A DNA stretch of 64,000 nucleotides. Origin: a virus. Taxonomy: Duplodnaviria; Caudoviricetes. The stretch is taken from the IMG/VR virus record IMGVR_UViG_3300021958_000045, positions 1 through 64,000 of that record; one strand, given 5' to 3'. The stretch's first letter is position 1, and every line of letters begins with the position of its first letter. Positions 55,782-64,000 of the stretch are shown piece after piece. Position numbers and translations under genes: made by a program. The notes under the pieces are model-generated. The model ran no database searches. It was not told where the DNA came from and was given only the letters and a program-made list of their open reading frames with translations.

Positions 55782-55802
55782 GTTATTTCTTTGTTTTAAA
55801 AA

Positions 55803-57350
55803 TTAATATTTGATTGAAATGTTTTCTTTTTGAAATGCTTTTTCAAAACGATCTGTCAAAGATTCTTCTTCGAGAGATTCAGAATTGTTATTAGGAATCG
55901 ACTCTTCAGCTTCTTCCACATTTTCGAGAGCTGCATCAACAACTTCTGCTGGCTCTTCTTGTTTTTCTCCAGATACTCTGCGCTCAACTTCTTCAGCGAT
56001 TTTAGCTTCAAGCTCTTCAGTCTTAGCTTTAATTGCTTCTTTATTTTTGTGAGCCCAAATGCGAGCGAATTTTTCTTTATAAGAAGAGAAAGCTTCTTCG
56101 GAAGATTCTAAACCTTTAACTTCTGAAGCAATAATCTCTAAATCTTCATCCGATAATTCGAATTCAGTAGAGAGCGATTCCATACGTAGGTTAAAAGCTT
56201 CTTGAGCGTCTCTGGCTTCATTATCGCTTTGTAGTTTTTGTAGATTTTCGTTAGCATTCTTGAACTCGACTTGAAGCGCATCATATTTTTCTGCCATCTC
56301 AGCCTGGGCCTTCTCGAGTTGCGCAGCTTTTGATTCAGCTTCTTCAACTTGAGATTTCCACTCCGAAGACTTTTCTATAATTACGTCATTAACGAGTTTA
56401 GAAATGCTAGCCACGGCTTCTTCGGAGAAATCGTTTTCACGACGCTTCTCGTTAAGAAGTGCTTCTAAGCTATTGATTAGTTTTTCTGTTTCCATAGTAT
56501 TATCTAAATGTGATTCCTTTGGTTGAATTACAGAAGTTTTTTCTGTATGTGAACTTTTTTCTTGAATTTTATTTAAAAACTGATTATTTGCCTGTGTAGA
56601 TTCTTTACGATCTTCTTTTGATTCTGCCACCAAAACTCCTTTAACGTCCGCAGCAGGTTTCGTTGTAAATGCAACTCCAAGAGGATAAACTTCTCCAGTT
56701 ACAAGTCTACGAACAGAACGTCCATCTTCTAGTTTTCCACTTCCTCCAAAAGCAACTAAATGTTCTTTATATTGCTCCATCTCTTCACCGCTAACAATTT
56801 CATTATCTTCTAAATTTTCAGAACCTATAGCAATTGAGAATTCATTGAAACCAAGTTCCCAACTGGTAGATATAATAGTAGAATAATCTCCATGTTCGTC
56901 TGCCGAAGATTCTAGCAGGTCAGAAAATTGAGGGCTTGCGTTTTTATAAACTACTGCAGCGAGAGAAATATTAAAAGGTTCTTTTTTTGCTTTTACCTCT
57001 TCGTCTGAAAGTATATTACTATCCTCATAAGACGAGAATCCAGATGAAACAATGTGACCAACAACTTGATCTCTATTGTGTTCAATGTTTGTTGGTTTAT
57101 GCACAAAATAATCTTTTATAGATAGGGCAATATCAGAATCTATACCATCTCCATTTTTATTAAATTTATTTACTACTGCTGCATTAAAAGCTACGCCAAG
57201 CAAATCAATATTTCTTTGCAGATTAATATCCTTTGGAATTAAAGCTTCTAAATTTCTAATTGAAGCTTCGGATATTTCTGTATTAGATATTGGTGAGGCA
57301 GAGGCTTCTACTTCAAATTCAAACGACGTTGAGTACTTACAATTTTTCAT
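55803..57350 (-). CDS. Prohead protease-scaffold fusion
   Basis: N-terminal NIEHNRDQVVGHI, STSWEL and GVAFTTKPAA resemble HK97/herpes-type maturation proteases; the C-terminal half is an acidic coiled coil. Follows the portal gene. Confidence 0.7.
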   Translation of the reverse strand: MKNCKYSTSFEFEVEASASPISNTEISEASIRNLEALIPKDINLQRNIDLLGVAFNAAVVNKFNKNGDGIDSDIALSIKDYFVHKPTNIEHNRDQVVGHIVSSGFSSYEDSNILSDEEVKAKKEPFNISLAAVVYKNASPQFSDLLESSADEHGDYSTIISTSWELGFNEFSIAIGSENLEDNEIVSGEEMEQYKEHLVAFGGSGKLEDGRSVRRLVTGEVYPLGVAFTTKPAADVKGVLVAESKEDRKESTQANNQFLNKIQEKSSHTEKTSVIQPKESHLDNTMETEKLINSLEALLNEKRRENDFSEEAVASISKLVNDVIIEKSSEWKSQVEEAESKAAQLEKAQAEMAEKYDALQVEFKNANENLQKLQSDNEARDAQEAFNLRMESLSTEFELSDEDLEIIASEVKGLESSEEAFSSYKEKFARIWAHKNKEAIKAKTEELEAKIAEEVERRVSGEKQEEPAEVVDAALENVEEAEESIPNNNSESLEEESLTDRFEKAFQKENISIKY

Positions 57351-57363
57351 TTACAAAAAGGTA

Positions 57364-57368
57364 TACAC
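57364..57368 (-). promoter_or_regulatory. GTGTA motif upstream of the protease-scaffold gene
   Basis: 13 nt before the ATG. Confidence 0.5.
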
Positions 57369-57373
57369 AGGTT

Positions 57374-59452
57374 TTAGTCTTTTTTCTTGCTGTGGAACAG
57401 GATAGCAGATGGATACTCGCTCAATTCATGCTCGGAGGATATCTCTGAAATCTCCTGAATAATGCCTAATTCTGATATTTTACTGAAATCTTGTATGCAT
57501 GCCATTCCTATATTATTCCAATCTTGTTTATCTGAAGATAATACAATAGATTGAACAAGTTGATCAATAGATTCGCTTTGAACTTCTGTAAGCTTTCGTT
57601 TTTTCATTTTCTTTTTCATGCTTTTATTTAATTCAACCCTCAGATCTTCAATAGCATAAACAGTTTCTTGTATAGCTTTTTGGCTATAACTTGCGGTTGC
57701 ACCAGTAGGTCTTCCAACTTCTTTTGGGGTTTTGTTTTTAGGTTGAGCGTTGGGCTGTGCTGGTTGCCCAGGTTGCCCCACTTGTCCCTGTTTAATCATT
57801 TCATTTTTGTTTTTTGCGTCCTGTTTAATTTTTTCCTTCGACAATTTTTCATCAACCTTTCTTTGTTCTTCGGCTCCTGGAGCTTCTATAGAAGGTACTC
57901 CTCCAACCAAAGGATTATACATACCTTGTTCTCTCTGTTTGACATATTCTTCTTGATTTTTTTCTAATTGTTCGATAGATGGATACACTCCTGTCTGTAT
58001 AGTTCTTAATCCATCTTCTGGAGTTAATATTCCTAACTCAATTAATCGAGTAGCAATTCTTTGTAGTTGAACTTCATCTTTAATATCAATATCTTCAAAT
58101 TTTGCTTCAGGAAACTGTCTAAATCCCATATTTCGGCAGACCATCTTTATTTGAGGCTGCAAGAAATCTTGAATAAATGCGTTCCTAGCTTCCTTTAATC
58201 TTTCTAAAAATATTTGAGCCTTGACTTGAGTATTTGAGAATTTTTCCTGGCCAACAATAACATTCTGCAAAGCATCACGGATATCAGCATTTACAATTTC
58301 ATATTTTTCTGGCCCAAGAATTTTATTAATCTCAGGAATAACAAAATTTGCTTTAGTAGTATAGTCACTCACCAAAACCCTACCAACACTTTCATTCATA
58401 AATAAAGACTGCATCGCATTTAAATTTGTTGGATTTATACCTCCTTTGTCTGGCTCAGCCCCCATAGTTATTAATAGAATCACATTCTCTACAGTTCTAC
58501 TAATTGCTTGGTCAACTTTTTTTAATTCAATTTTCCAGTTTAAATCATCCAGTACAGGAAAACCAAAAGGAATAGCAAACGGCTCGTAATCTTGTTTTTT
58601 GTAAAAGCTATAATTTAATTTTGTTGGATCAAGCTGTACATAAATACCATCTCTAGAAAATCTTTTTTCTTTGATTTCTTTTTTAGTTTTTTCGGGTAAT
58701 GCGTCATAAAACTCTTTATCTTCTTGAGTTTTTGGATTTCTCAATCTATCTAATTCATATTCAGATAAAATCTTCTTATAGTCTCCTTCTTCAAATGCAG
58801 TCGTCTTCGTAACAACAATATCATAAGGGTTTAAAAGTATATATCTTGTAGGAACTTGACCCAAAGGCAAAGATGAAGCACCTGTAGATTCTGCATAAAT
58901 TGTAGAAATCTTTTTTAAATCTTCTTTATCAAATTTTCCATCAACCCTATATAGAAATACATTGCCAGATCTATAATACTCCCTAAAGTATTGATCCTTT
59001 AAGTTCCAAACTTTAATTTTATTTAACCAACGATCTATAAACTGTCGGGCAGGTTCAGTACCTCCTTCTAGGTGAATGCTAGAGTTAGCAAACTCAGCCA
59101 TAATATCTATCGCATTTCTAAAAATTGCAATATTTGCATATGCTTTTTGACACAGTTCAATAGCATCCTGTATAGATACTCCTCCTGAACCAGCTTCAAA
59201 AGGCAGAATTCCTTCTCGAATATTTGAGTACTTACTTGCCTTAGTTTTCTTAAAAGTTGTATTACTTTTTCTTACTCCATCTTTTCCCGATGCGGGTTGA
59301 CTTCTAGAGAATGTCGAAGATTGAGAATAATAAGCTGAACCGCAAAGCTTTGGCTCAATAGGGTCTTGATTAGCAATCAATTCCGAAAGGTTATTGTTTG
59401 GTTGATCAAATTTTTTCCAGTAATCTGAACGTTTTGTATATTGTCTGGCCAT
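57374..59452 (-). CDS. Portal protein
   Basis: 692 aa, mostly helical, between terL and protease-scaffold; IFRNAIDIMAEF and IPFGFPVL segments are portal-like. Confidence 0.75.
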   Translation of the reverse strand: MARQYTKRSDYWKKFDQPNNNLSELIANQDPIEPKLCGSAYYSQSSTFSRSQPASGKDGVRKSNTTFKKTKASKYSNIREGILPFEAGSGGVSIQDAIELCQKAYANIAIFRNAIDIMAEFANSSIHLEGGTEPARQFIDRWLNKIKVWNLKDQYFREYYRSGNVFLYRVDGKFDKEDLKKISTIYAESTGASSLPLGQVPTRYILLNPYDIVVTKTTAFEEGDYKKILSEYELDRLRNPKTQEDKEFYDALPEKTKKEIKEKRFSRDGIYVQLDPTKLNYSFYKKQDYEPFAIPFGFPVLDDLNWKIELKKVDQAISRTVENVILLITMGAEPDKGGINPTNLNAMQSLFMNESVGRVLVSDYTTKANFVIPEINKILGPEKYEIVNADIRDALQNVIVGQEKFSNTQVKAQIFLERLKEARNAFIQDFLQPQIKMVCRNMGFRQFPEAKFEDIDIKDEVQLQRIATRLIELGILTPEDGLRTIQTGVYPSIEQLEKNQEEYVKQREQGMYNPLVGGVPSIEAPGAEEQRKVDEKLSKEKIKQDAKNKNEMIKQGQVGQPGQPAQPNAQPKNKTPKEVGRPTGATASYSQKAIQETVYAIEDLRVELNKSMKKKMKKRKLTEVQSESIDQLVQSIVLSSDKQDWNNIGMACIQDFSKISELGIIQEISEISSEHELSEYPSAILFHSKKKD

Positions 59453-59461
59453 AGATTATGA

Positions 59462-59466
59462 TACAC
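59462..59466 (-). promoter_or_regulatory. GTGTA motif upstream of the portal gene
   Basis: 9 nt before the ATG. Confidence 0.5.
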
Positions 59467-59505
59467 ATAAAAGTATAAAAGTAAAGTTAAAGTTAACTTT
59501 TAACT

Positions 59506-61371
59506 TTAGCGTATAAACATTGGAGCAAAGGTATATATCGTATTATCTTTAGAATCTATAAAGTCATAATAAGTCTTTATCATCCAATTCCCCAAGACCA
59601 AAGCAGAGTAACTATCCTTTCTTGCCTTCTCTGGTCCCGTTTGCCTTTTTAAAGATGGGGGCAGGTCAAATGTTTGCGTTCCTTGCGGAGAAGTTGTGAT
59701 TTGAATAAGGGAGCACTCTCCTCTTGTTGCATGAATCATAGCTTCTTGATGCTCAACAAAATCAATCATTTTTGCAGCAGAGGACTGATTATCTTTATCA
59801 ATTATGTTAGAGAATTTTAAATCATTAATAGGTATTTTCTTTTTTCTTTGTTCTTCATAAAAATCATCAATCGCAGGAGATGCAAAATATATCCTTTTGT
59901 GGTCAAAGTTAGATTGCAACAATTCGTTTGCCCTACGAATCCATGCGCTTGTAGGCTTTCGCAAGATACATATTTTTTTGCTTTTTAAATCATATTGAGA
60001 TTTTGCGTCTAATAAAGCTTTTTGATATTCTTCTATATTGTCAAAATCTGCATCAAGCATTTTTATATTTAGATTACTATTTTTGAAAATAGAGCTTTCG
60101 TTTGCTGCGCTCAAAAACTGAACCCCTCCATTATAGTCTCCAACGATTGCTACAATATTAAAATGGGTCAATAAGTAATGCATGTATAATATATGTGATT
60201 TCATAGGGGCTCCAGCCAGAGCGTAACTATGCACAAGAGTGCCTAATTTTTTTTGATCGCTGAGCTTAAAAACTTGAATTGCGAAATTATCACTGCTTTC
60301 GCTCTCTGCCCAACTAGGGTCAAAAGCCATTATATATTTTGCGCCAACTTCTCCAGAAACTTCTACGCTTGGAGACATACCTTCTGGCAATACGCATTCA
60401 GCCATTTTGGAGGTTTTAAAGTATCCAGAGCTATCGTCTGTAAAGACTGCCCCAAACTCCCTATCAAATTGAGATTGACTCATAGAACTTTTAGCTTGGT
60501 TAATAAGGTTTTGATCGTATAACTGCAAAGGGGCGCAATCATAACTAAAGTGCATGATAACACGATTAGCTTCTGAAGGTTTTTTATTTCCAGTTTTAAT
60601 TAATTCTTCAAACTGGCTATATACTTTATACATATATTCAAACTTGTAGCTCGCAGAAGACAGCATAATGAGCTTATTATTTGGCCAGACATACCTATCC
60701 CCCTCTTTCATCTTGCCTTGCTTTATAAGCTCTGTTTCGAGCTTATAGAGGTCATCTCGCTGAGTTGGATTCTCAACAACACTCAAGAAAGGTATAATAA
60801 CCTCATTATAAATTCTTTCAGGCATAAGCAAAAACTCATCAATAATAATTCTATGAAACCTAAATCCCCGAAGCTTTTCACCATCACCCAAAGGAAGAGC
60901 ATGAATTTGACTTTCGCCAATGTGCATGCTCCATTGATCATTAGTTTTTGAGGTTTTAGTTATGCATTGGGCAAGCAAAGCTGCTTCAGGTTTATTTGCA
61001 ATATCTTCTATTTTTTTAAAAATCATTTTAGACTGTCTAAAAGATTTTGAAATTATTCCAATTTGAACTCCTTGATTTAATATAGCATCTAAAAATGCAA
61101 AAACTCCCGTTGTCCAGGATTTAGACATTCCTCGACTCCATACTCCTAGAAAGTAATCTGTTTGGAACATAGACTTAATTCCCATGTGTTGAAATGGAAA
61201 AAGCTTTACTCCTGCAAGTAGATCTGCGGCAAACGTAATATTATTTCTTAAAAATTTGTACAACAATAGTTTTGCTTCTCTTTCCTCCAGATATCCCTTT
61301 TTATCAAGAATAAGATTATTAATATCCTTAAAAGAGTCTCTAGGTAATTGTTTGCCTGTGTCCCAAGTCAT
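59506..61371 (-). CDS. terL: Terminase large subunit
   Basis: LFPFQ (Q motif), Walker A SRGMSKS, LRGFR, Walker B IIIDE, RNase H-like nuclease AFDPS and KDSYSAL. Confidence 0.92.
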   Translation of the reverse strand: MTWDTGKQLPRDSFKDINNLILDKKGYLEEREAKLLLYKFLRNNITFAADLLAGVKLFPFQHMGIKSMFQTDYFLGVWSRGMSKSWTTGVFAFLDAILNQGVQIGIISKSFRQSKMIFKKIEDIANKPEAALLAQCITKTSKTNDQWSMHIGESQIHALPLGDGEKLRGFRFHRIIIDEFLLMPERIYNEVIIPFLSVVENPTQRDDLYKLETELIKQGKMKEGDRYVWPNNKLIMLSSASYKFEYMYKVYSQFEELIKTGNKKPSEANRVIMHFSYDCAPLQLYDQNLINQAKSSMSQSQFDREFGAVFTDDSSGYFKTSKMAECVLPEGMSPSVEVSGEVGAKYIMAFDPSWAESESSDNFAIQVFKLSDQKKLGTLVHSYALAGAPMKSHILYMHYLLTHFNIVAIVGDYNGGVQFLSAANESSIFKNSNLNIKMLDADFDNIEEYQKALLDAKSQYDLKSKKICILRKPTSAWIRRANELLQSNFDHKRIYFASPAIDDFYEEQRKKKIPINDLKFSNIIDKDNQSSAAKMIDFVEHQEAMIHATRGECSLIQITTSPQGTQTFDLPPSLKRQTGPEKARKDSYSALVLGNWMIKTYYDFIDSKDNTIYTFAPMFIR

Positions 61372-62348
61372 TTTTTCTTTTCTCTAATCCTTTTATCTAT
61401 ATGAAATTGCATGTCGCAGTTCCACAATTTTTTACCATGAATTAATAATCTTGGAATTAAAAACTCAGAAGCTGCCCGACCACCTGAAAATATAAATTGG
61501 CAATTTTTTGGATATTGATTAATAATTTCTCTTGTATTGTGCCAAATATAAGCTAAATTTGATTTGTGGGCAGAGAAGCTATTATTTTGCTTTATTGTAT
61601 TAATGCTAGAATCAACTACAATATATAAAAAGCTATCAAATTCGATAGCCCTTTCAATTTCTTTTTTAAAGCGTTGGAACCCTACCGACAATGTGGATTT
61701 GAAGTCTGCTTCGCTTTTACGGTCTACATAGGTATAAGAGTACTCCTTACCTCCTGTAGTATAATCTCCGAAATCTAATTTTAGAGTTCTTGATTTATGA
61801 AAGCTTAAGGGTTGCTGTTCTCTCGTATCAATTAATATTTCTACATTCTTGTATAGAGAGTTATTCTCAAAAAAATTATCTATAATATTTGCGCCGTACA
61901 AAGGAGAGATATTTTTCAGGTTTAATTTTTCTAATTTTTGACAGGCTTGACTATAACTACCAAATATTTTTTTATAAAACTCTATGGGCGGCAACTCGCA
62001 TAATTGAAGCTCAATATGGCATGGTGCATGATTTAATTGTTTTTGTTTAATTCTGGAATATAATTTTTTCAAAACATATGCTTGGGCCTTAACATCGTCA
62101 GCAGACTGTAAACTTAGCCATTTTATTAGTCGATTACGAGAAAGAAAATCTCTCGCAAAGTAATCTTTTTTATTTTTAAACGGAAGGGCTTCGCCAGTTA
62201 ATAAGTCTTTTTTTGGGTAATGTTGGGTATAATATTCCGCAACAGTTAAATTATGTTTTTTTAAATGAGCATGAAGACTTCTTTCTGAAGTAAAACTTTC
62301 TTCACATACTTTACATTTATTAGATGGCTTCATCTTGAGATATTCCAA
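61368..62348 (-). CDS. C2H2 zinc finger plus ERCC4/XPF-like nuclease
   Basis: CKVC...HLKKH zinc finger; IDTREQQP, GDY and DRKSEADF match the ERCC4 pattern GDx(n)ERKx3D with E replaced by D. Confidence 0.75.
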   Translation of the reverse strand: MEYLKMKPSNKCKVCEESFTSERSLHAHLKKHNLTVAEYYTQHYPKKDLLTGEALPFKNKKDYFARDFLSRNRLIKWLSLQSADDVKAQAYVLKKLYSRIKQKQLNHAPCHIELQLCELPPIEFYKKIFGSYSQACQKLEKLNLKNISPLYGANIIDNFFENNSLYKNVEILIDTREQQPLSFHKSRTLKLDFGDYTTGGKEYSYTYVDRKSEADFKSTLSVGFQRFKKEIERAIEFDSFLYIVVDSSINTIKQNNSFSAHKSNLAYIWHNTREIINQYPKNCQFIFSGGRAASEFLIPRLLIHGKKLWNCDMQFHIDKRIREKKK

Positions 62349-63375
62349 GTACTCGAGCTTTCCATTCTGGCATGCCTTCCATTCTTTTTGCTTCGTCGAG
62401 AATAATTTCTTTTTGCATTTCTGCCATTTTAATCATGATATTTCTCTCTTCTTCCTCTTGGAATAATTTCACCAAAGAAAGCATGCTTGCAGTATTCTGT
62501 TGTTTGGATTGTAGCCTTTTTGAGCGGTCTCCCTGGAGCTTGGTGATAGCTCTATCTATTCTGGTAACACATTGATTATATTCTTCACTTTTTGTTTTTA
62601 AAATTTCAGTCAAGCGCATAGTTAAATCTGTTTCCTCTTCTGCAGCATTAAACATATCGTTAAGTTTTAGCTTCTGACCCTCAATTTGTTTTAAATTAAT
62701 ATAATCCATACATACATTTATATACATATTTATTTCGTCAGGAGTTAAGTCGGGCTTATCCCAGCAAGCTCTAGTAAATTCAGCCTCAAACAATAACCTT
62801 TCTTCATTGCTTGTATAATTATTTATCTGAGAGGTAAACCTTGGAGAAGATAATAACTGTATTAAATTTTCTGCACACAATTTGTCTTGCCGAGTGAGCT
62901 TTTCATGATTTAAAGATTTTCCTGCAACTTTATTAATTTTTTTAATTCCTGATAGTATAGTGCAAGGAGGATTATACTTAATTCCCCGTGCAGAATCTTC
63001 CTCCGCAACTCCTTCTGGAACTTGGTCTCTAATAAATTCCGTAATTACTATAGTTTCTTTGCTTAATGGGGTAATATTTGAATCTGGAAAAATTATTTTT
63101 GTAATCTGAAATGCATTCATACCGTCTCTTGCATAACCTTCAATAAAACTTTTTTGATCTTCGGTAAGAATAACTTCCTTAGCGGGTACAGCCTTAGTAG
63201 TGTCAAAGCTTTGTCCGATTTCTATAAGATACTCTCTTACCAATCTGCCCTCTATCGTTCTGCCATCTAAACTTTCATCCATAAAGACTGACCGAGTTAT
63301 TTCTCCAAGGTCAGATATTTTATCTTTATTATTTCTGATAAATTCCTTTTGCTGATCTGTTAGTTCTTTTTTCAT
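62320..63375 (-). CDS. Hypothetical helical protein (possible terminase small subunit or DNA-binding protein)
   Basis: Two similar ELTDQQK/ILTEDQK helix starts and a C-terminal coiled coil; two genes upstream of terL. Confidence 0.4.
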   Translation of the reverse strand: MKKELTDQQKEFIRNNKDKISDLGEITRSVFMDESLDGRTIEGRLVREYLIEIGQSFDTTKAVPAKEVILTEDQKSFIEGYARDGMNAFQITKIIFPDSNITPLSKETIVITEFIRDQVPEGVAEEDSARGIKYNPPCTILSGIKKINKVAGKSLNHEKLTRQDKLCAENLIQLLSSPRFTSQINNYTSNEERLLFEAEFTRACWDKPDLTPDEINMYINVCMDYINLKQIEGQKLKLNDMFNAAEEETDLTMRLTEILKTKSEEYNQCVTRIDRAITKLQGDRSKRLQSKQQNTASMLSLVKLFQEEEERNIMIKMAEMQKEIILDEAKRMEGMPEWKARVLGISQDEAI

Positions 63376-63989
63376 TAACGTAAGAATATATCTTTTGTAG
63401 ATATTACTTGTTTCGCTTTTTCCTTAAATTGTTTTTTTAAATTTTTAATCTGTTTGTAACCAGCCTTTCTTCCAGTTTCTGAGGTTTTGTAGCCCATCTT
63501 TTTTGCAACCTCTTCTTCAGATTTGTGTTCTATGAATAGCATTTTATATATCAGATACTGACGTTCGGGTAATATATTTTTCATTTCAATATGAAGCCTT
63601 TTCTCTGGGCCTTTAATTTCTGTATGAATATCTTCAATCTCTCTGTAAGCAGCGTCGTCCGAATTAATTGACAAGGGTAATTTGATATCATAAGCGCTTT
63701 TTTTGGTTTTTTCCCATTTTGCAAATAATGGACAGCTTGAATCTTGACCTCCAGATTGGGTAAAAGAGCAGGCGGCTCCATTTTCTCCAGATCCTGACAA
63801 ATTAAACGGACAGCTCATACAAGGCCTAACAAAATTAGAATAGTTATTTCTTAAAATATTTTTTAATTGATTGGATATCGTTTTATTCAACCAAGGCTTT
63901 AGAGGTTTGGTTTGGTCATATTTTTCCCATTTTACATAAATATGTGAAGATATTATTTGAATAACGTCATCAAAGTCCATCCACGACAC
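63375..63989 (-). CDS. Sigma-70/ECF-like RNA polymerase sigma factor with a Cys4 insertion (5' end may extend beyond the window)
   Basis: Region-2-like KWEKYD..KPLKPWLNKTISNQLKNILR and region-4 HTH LPERQYLIY...SEEEVAKKMG. The frame stays open to the window edge. Confidence 0.7.
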   Translation of the reverse strand: MSWMDFDDVIQIISSHIYVKWEKYDQTKPLKPWLNKTISNQLKNILRNNYSNFVRPCMSCPFNLSGSGENGAACSFTQSGGQDSSCPLFAKWEKTKKSAYDIKLPLSINSDDAAYREIEDIHTEIKGPEKRLHIEMKNILPERQYLIYKMLFIEHKSEEEVAKKMGYKTSETGRKAGYKQIKNLKKQFKEKAKQVISTKDIFLR

Positions 63990-64000
63990 AGAAGTTAAAA

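Noticed and set aside
14087-61371. Inteins or self-splicing introns in the TMP, MCP or terminase
   Set aside because: No Hint-domain ends (C/S start, HN-C/S/T end) or LAGLIDADG motifs noticed. The terminase and MCP have ordinary lengths and are uninterrupted.
1-64000. Alternative genetic code (stop-codon reassignment)
   Set aside because: Genes tile the window densely under the standard code, including a 31.7-kb ORF, so no reassignment is needed.
1-64000. tRNA, rRNA, integrase or transposase genes
   Set aside because: Intergenic gaps are nearly all under 90 nt, with no cloverleaf or recombinase/transposase motifs seen. A tRNAscan-SE run would be the formal check.

Overview
This 64-kb window is the virion-morphogenesis region of a large, AT-rich tailed dsDNA phage (Caudoviricetes). 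It is probably siphovirus-like, since no tail-sheath gene is recognisable here. From right to left the minus strand carries: sigma-70-like factor, unknown gene, Zn-finger/ERCC4 nuclease, large terminase, portal, protease-scaffold, decoration protein, major capsid, head-tail joining genes, tail tube plus two tube-like paralogs, two tail-chaperone-position genes, a 10,562-aa tape measure protein (TMP), and tail-tip genes. A short plus-strand block at the left end encodes a GPP-rich collagen-like protein, a cyclophilin PPIase and a prolyl-hydroxylase-like 2OG-Fe(II) oxygenase. The standout is the TMP. Behind a normal N-terminal TMP domain it holds a string of intact-looking enzyme domains: two PD-(D/E)xK-like nucleases, a HAD phosphatase, a full CCA-adding enzyme with HD domain, and an R-S-E ADP-ribosyltransferase. 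Several unknown domains lie between them, and each cassette is bounded by a recurring (G)-x-[VIL]-P-N-[FY] peptide motif (at least 23 copies). This looks like a modular payload of host-takeover and tRNA-repair effectors packed in the tail and injected with the DNA. All assignments come from reading motifs by eye; no searches were run, and domain boundaries are approximate.
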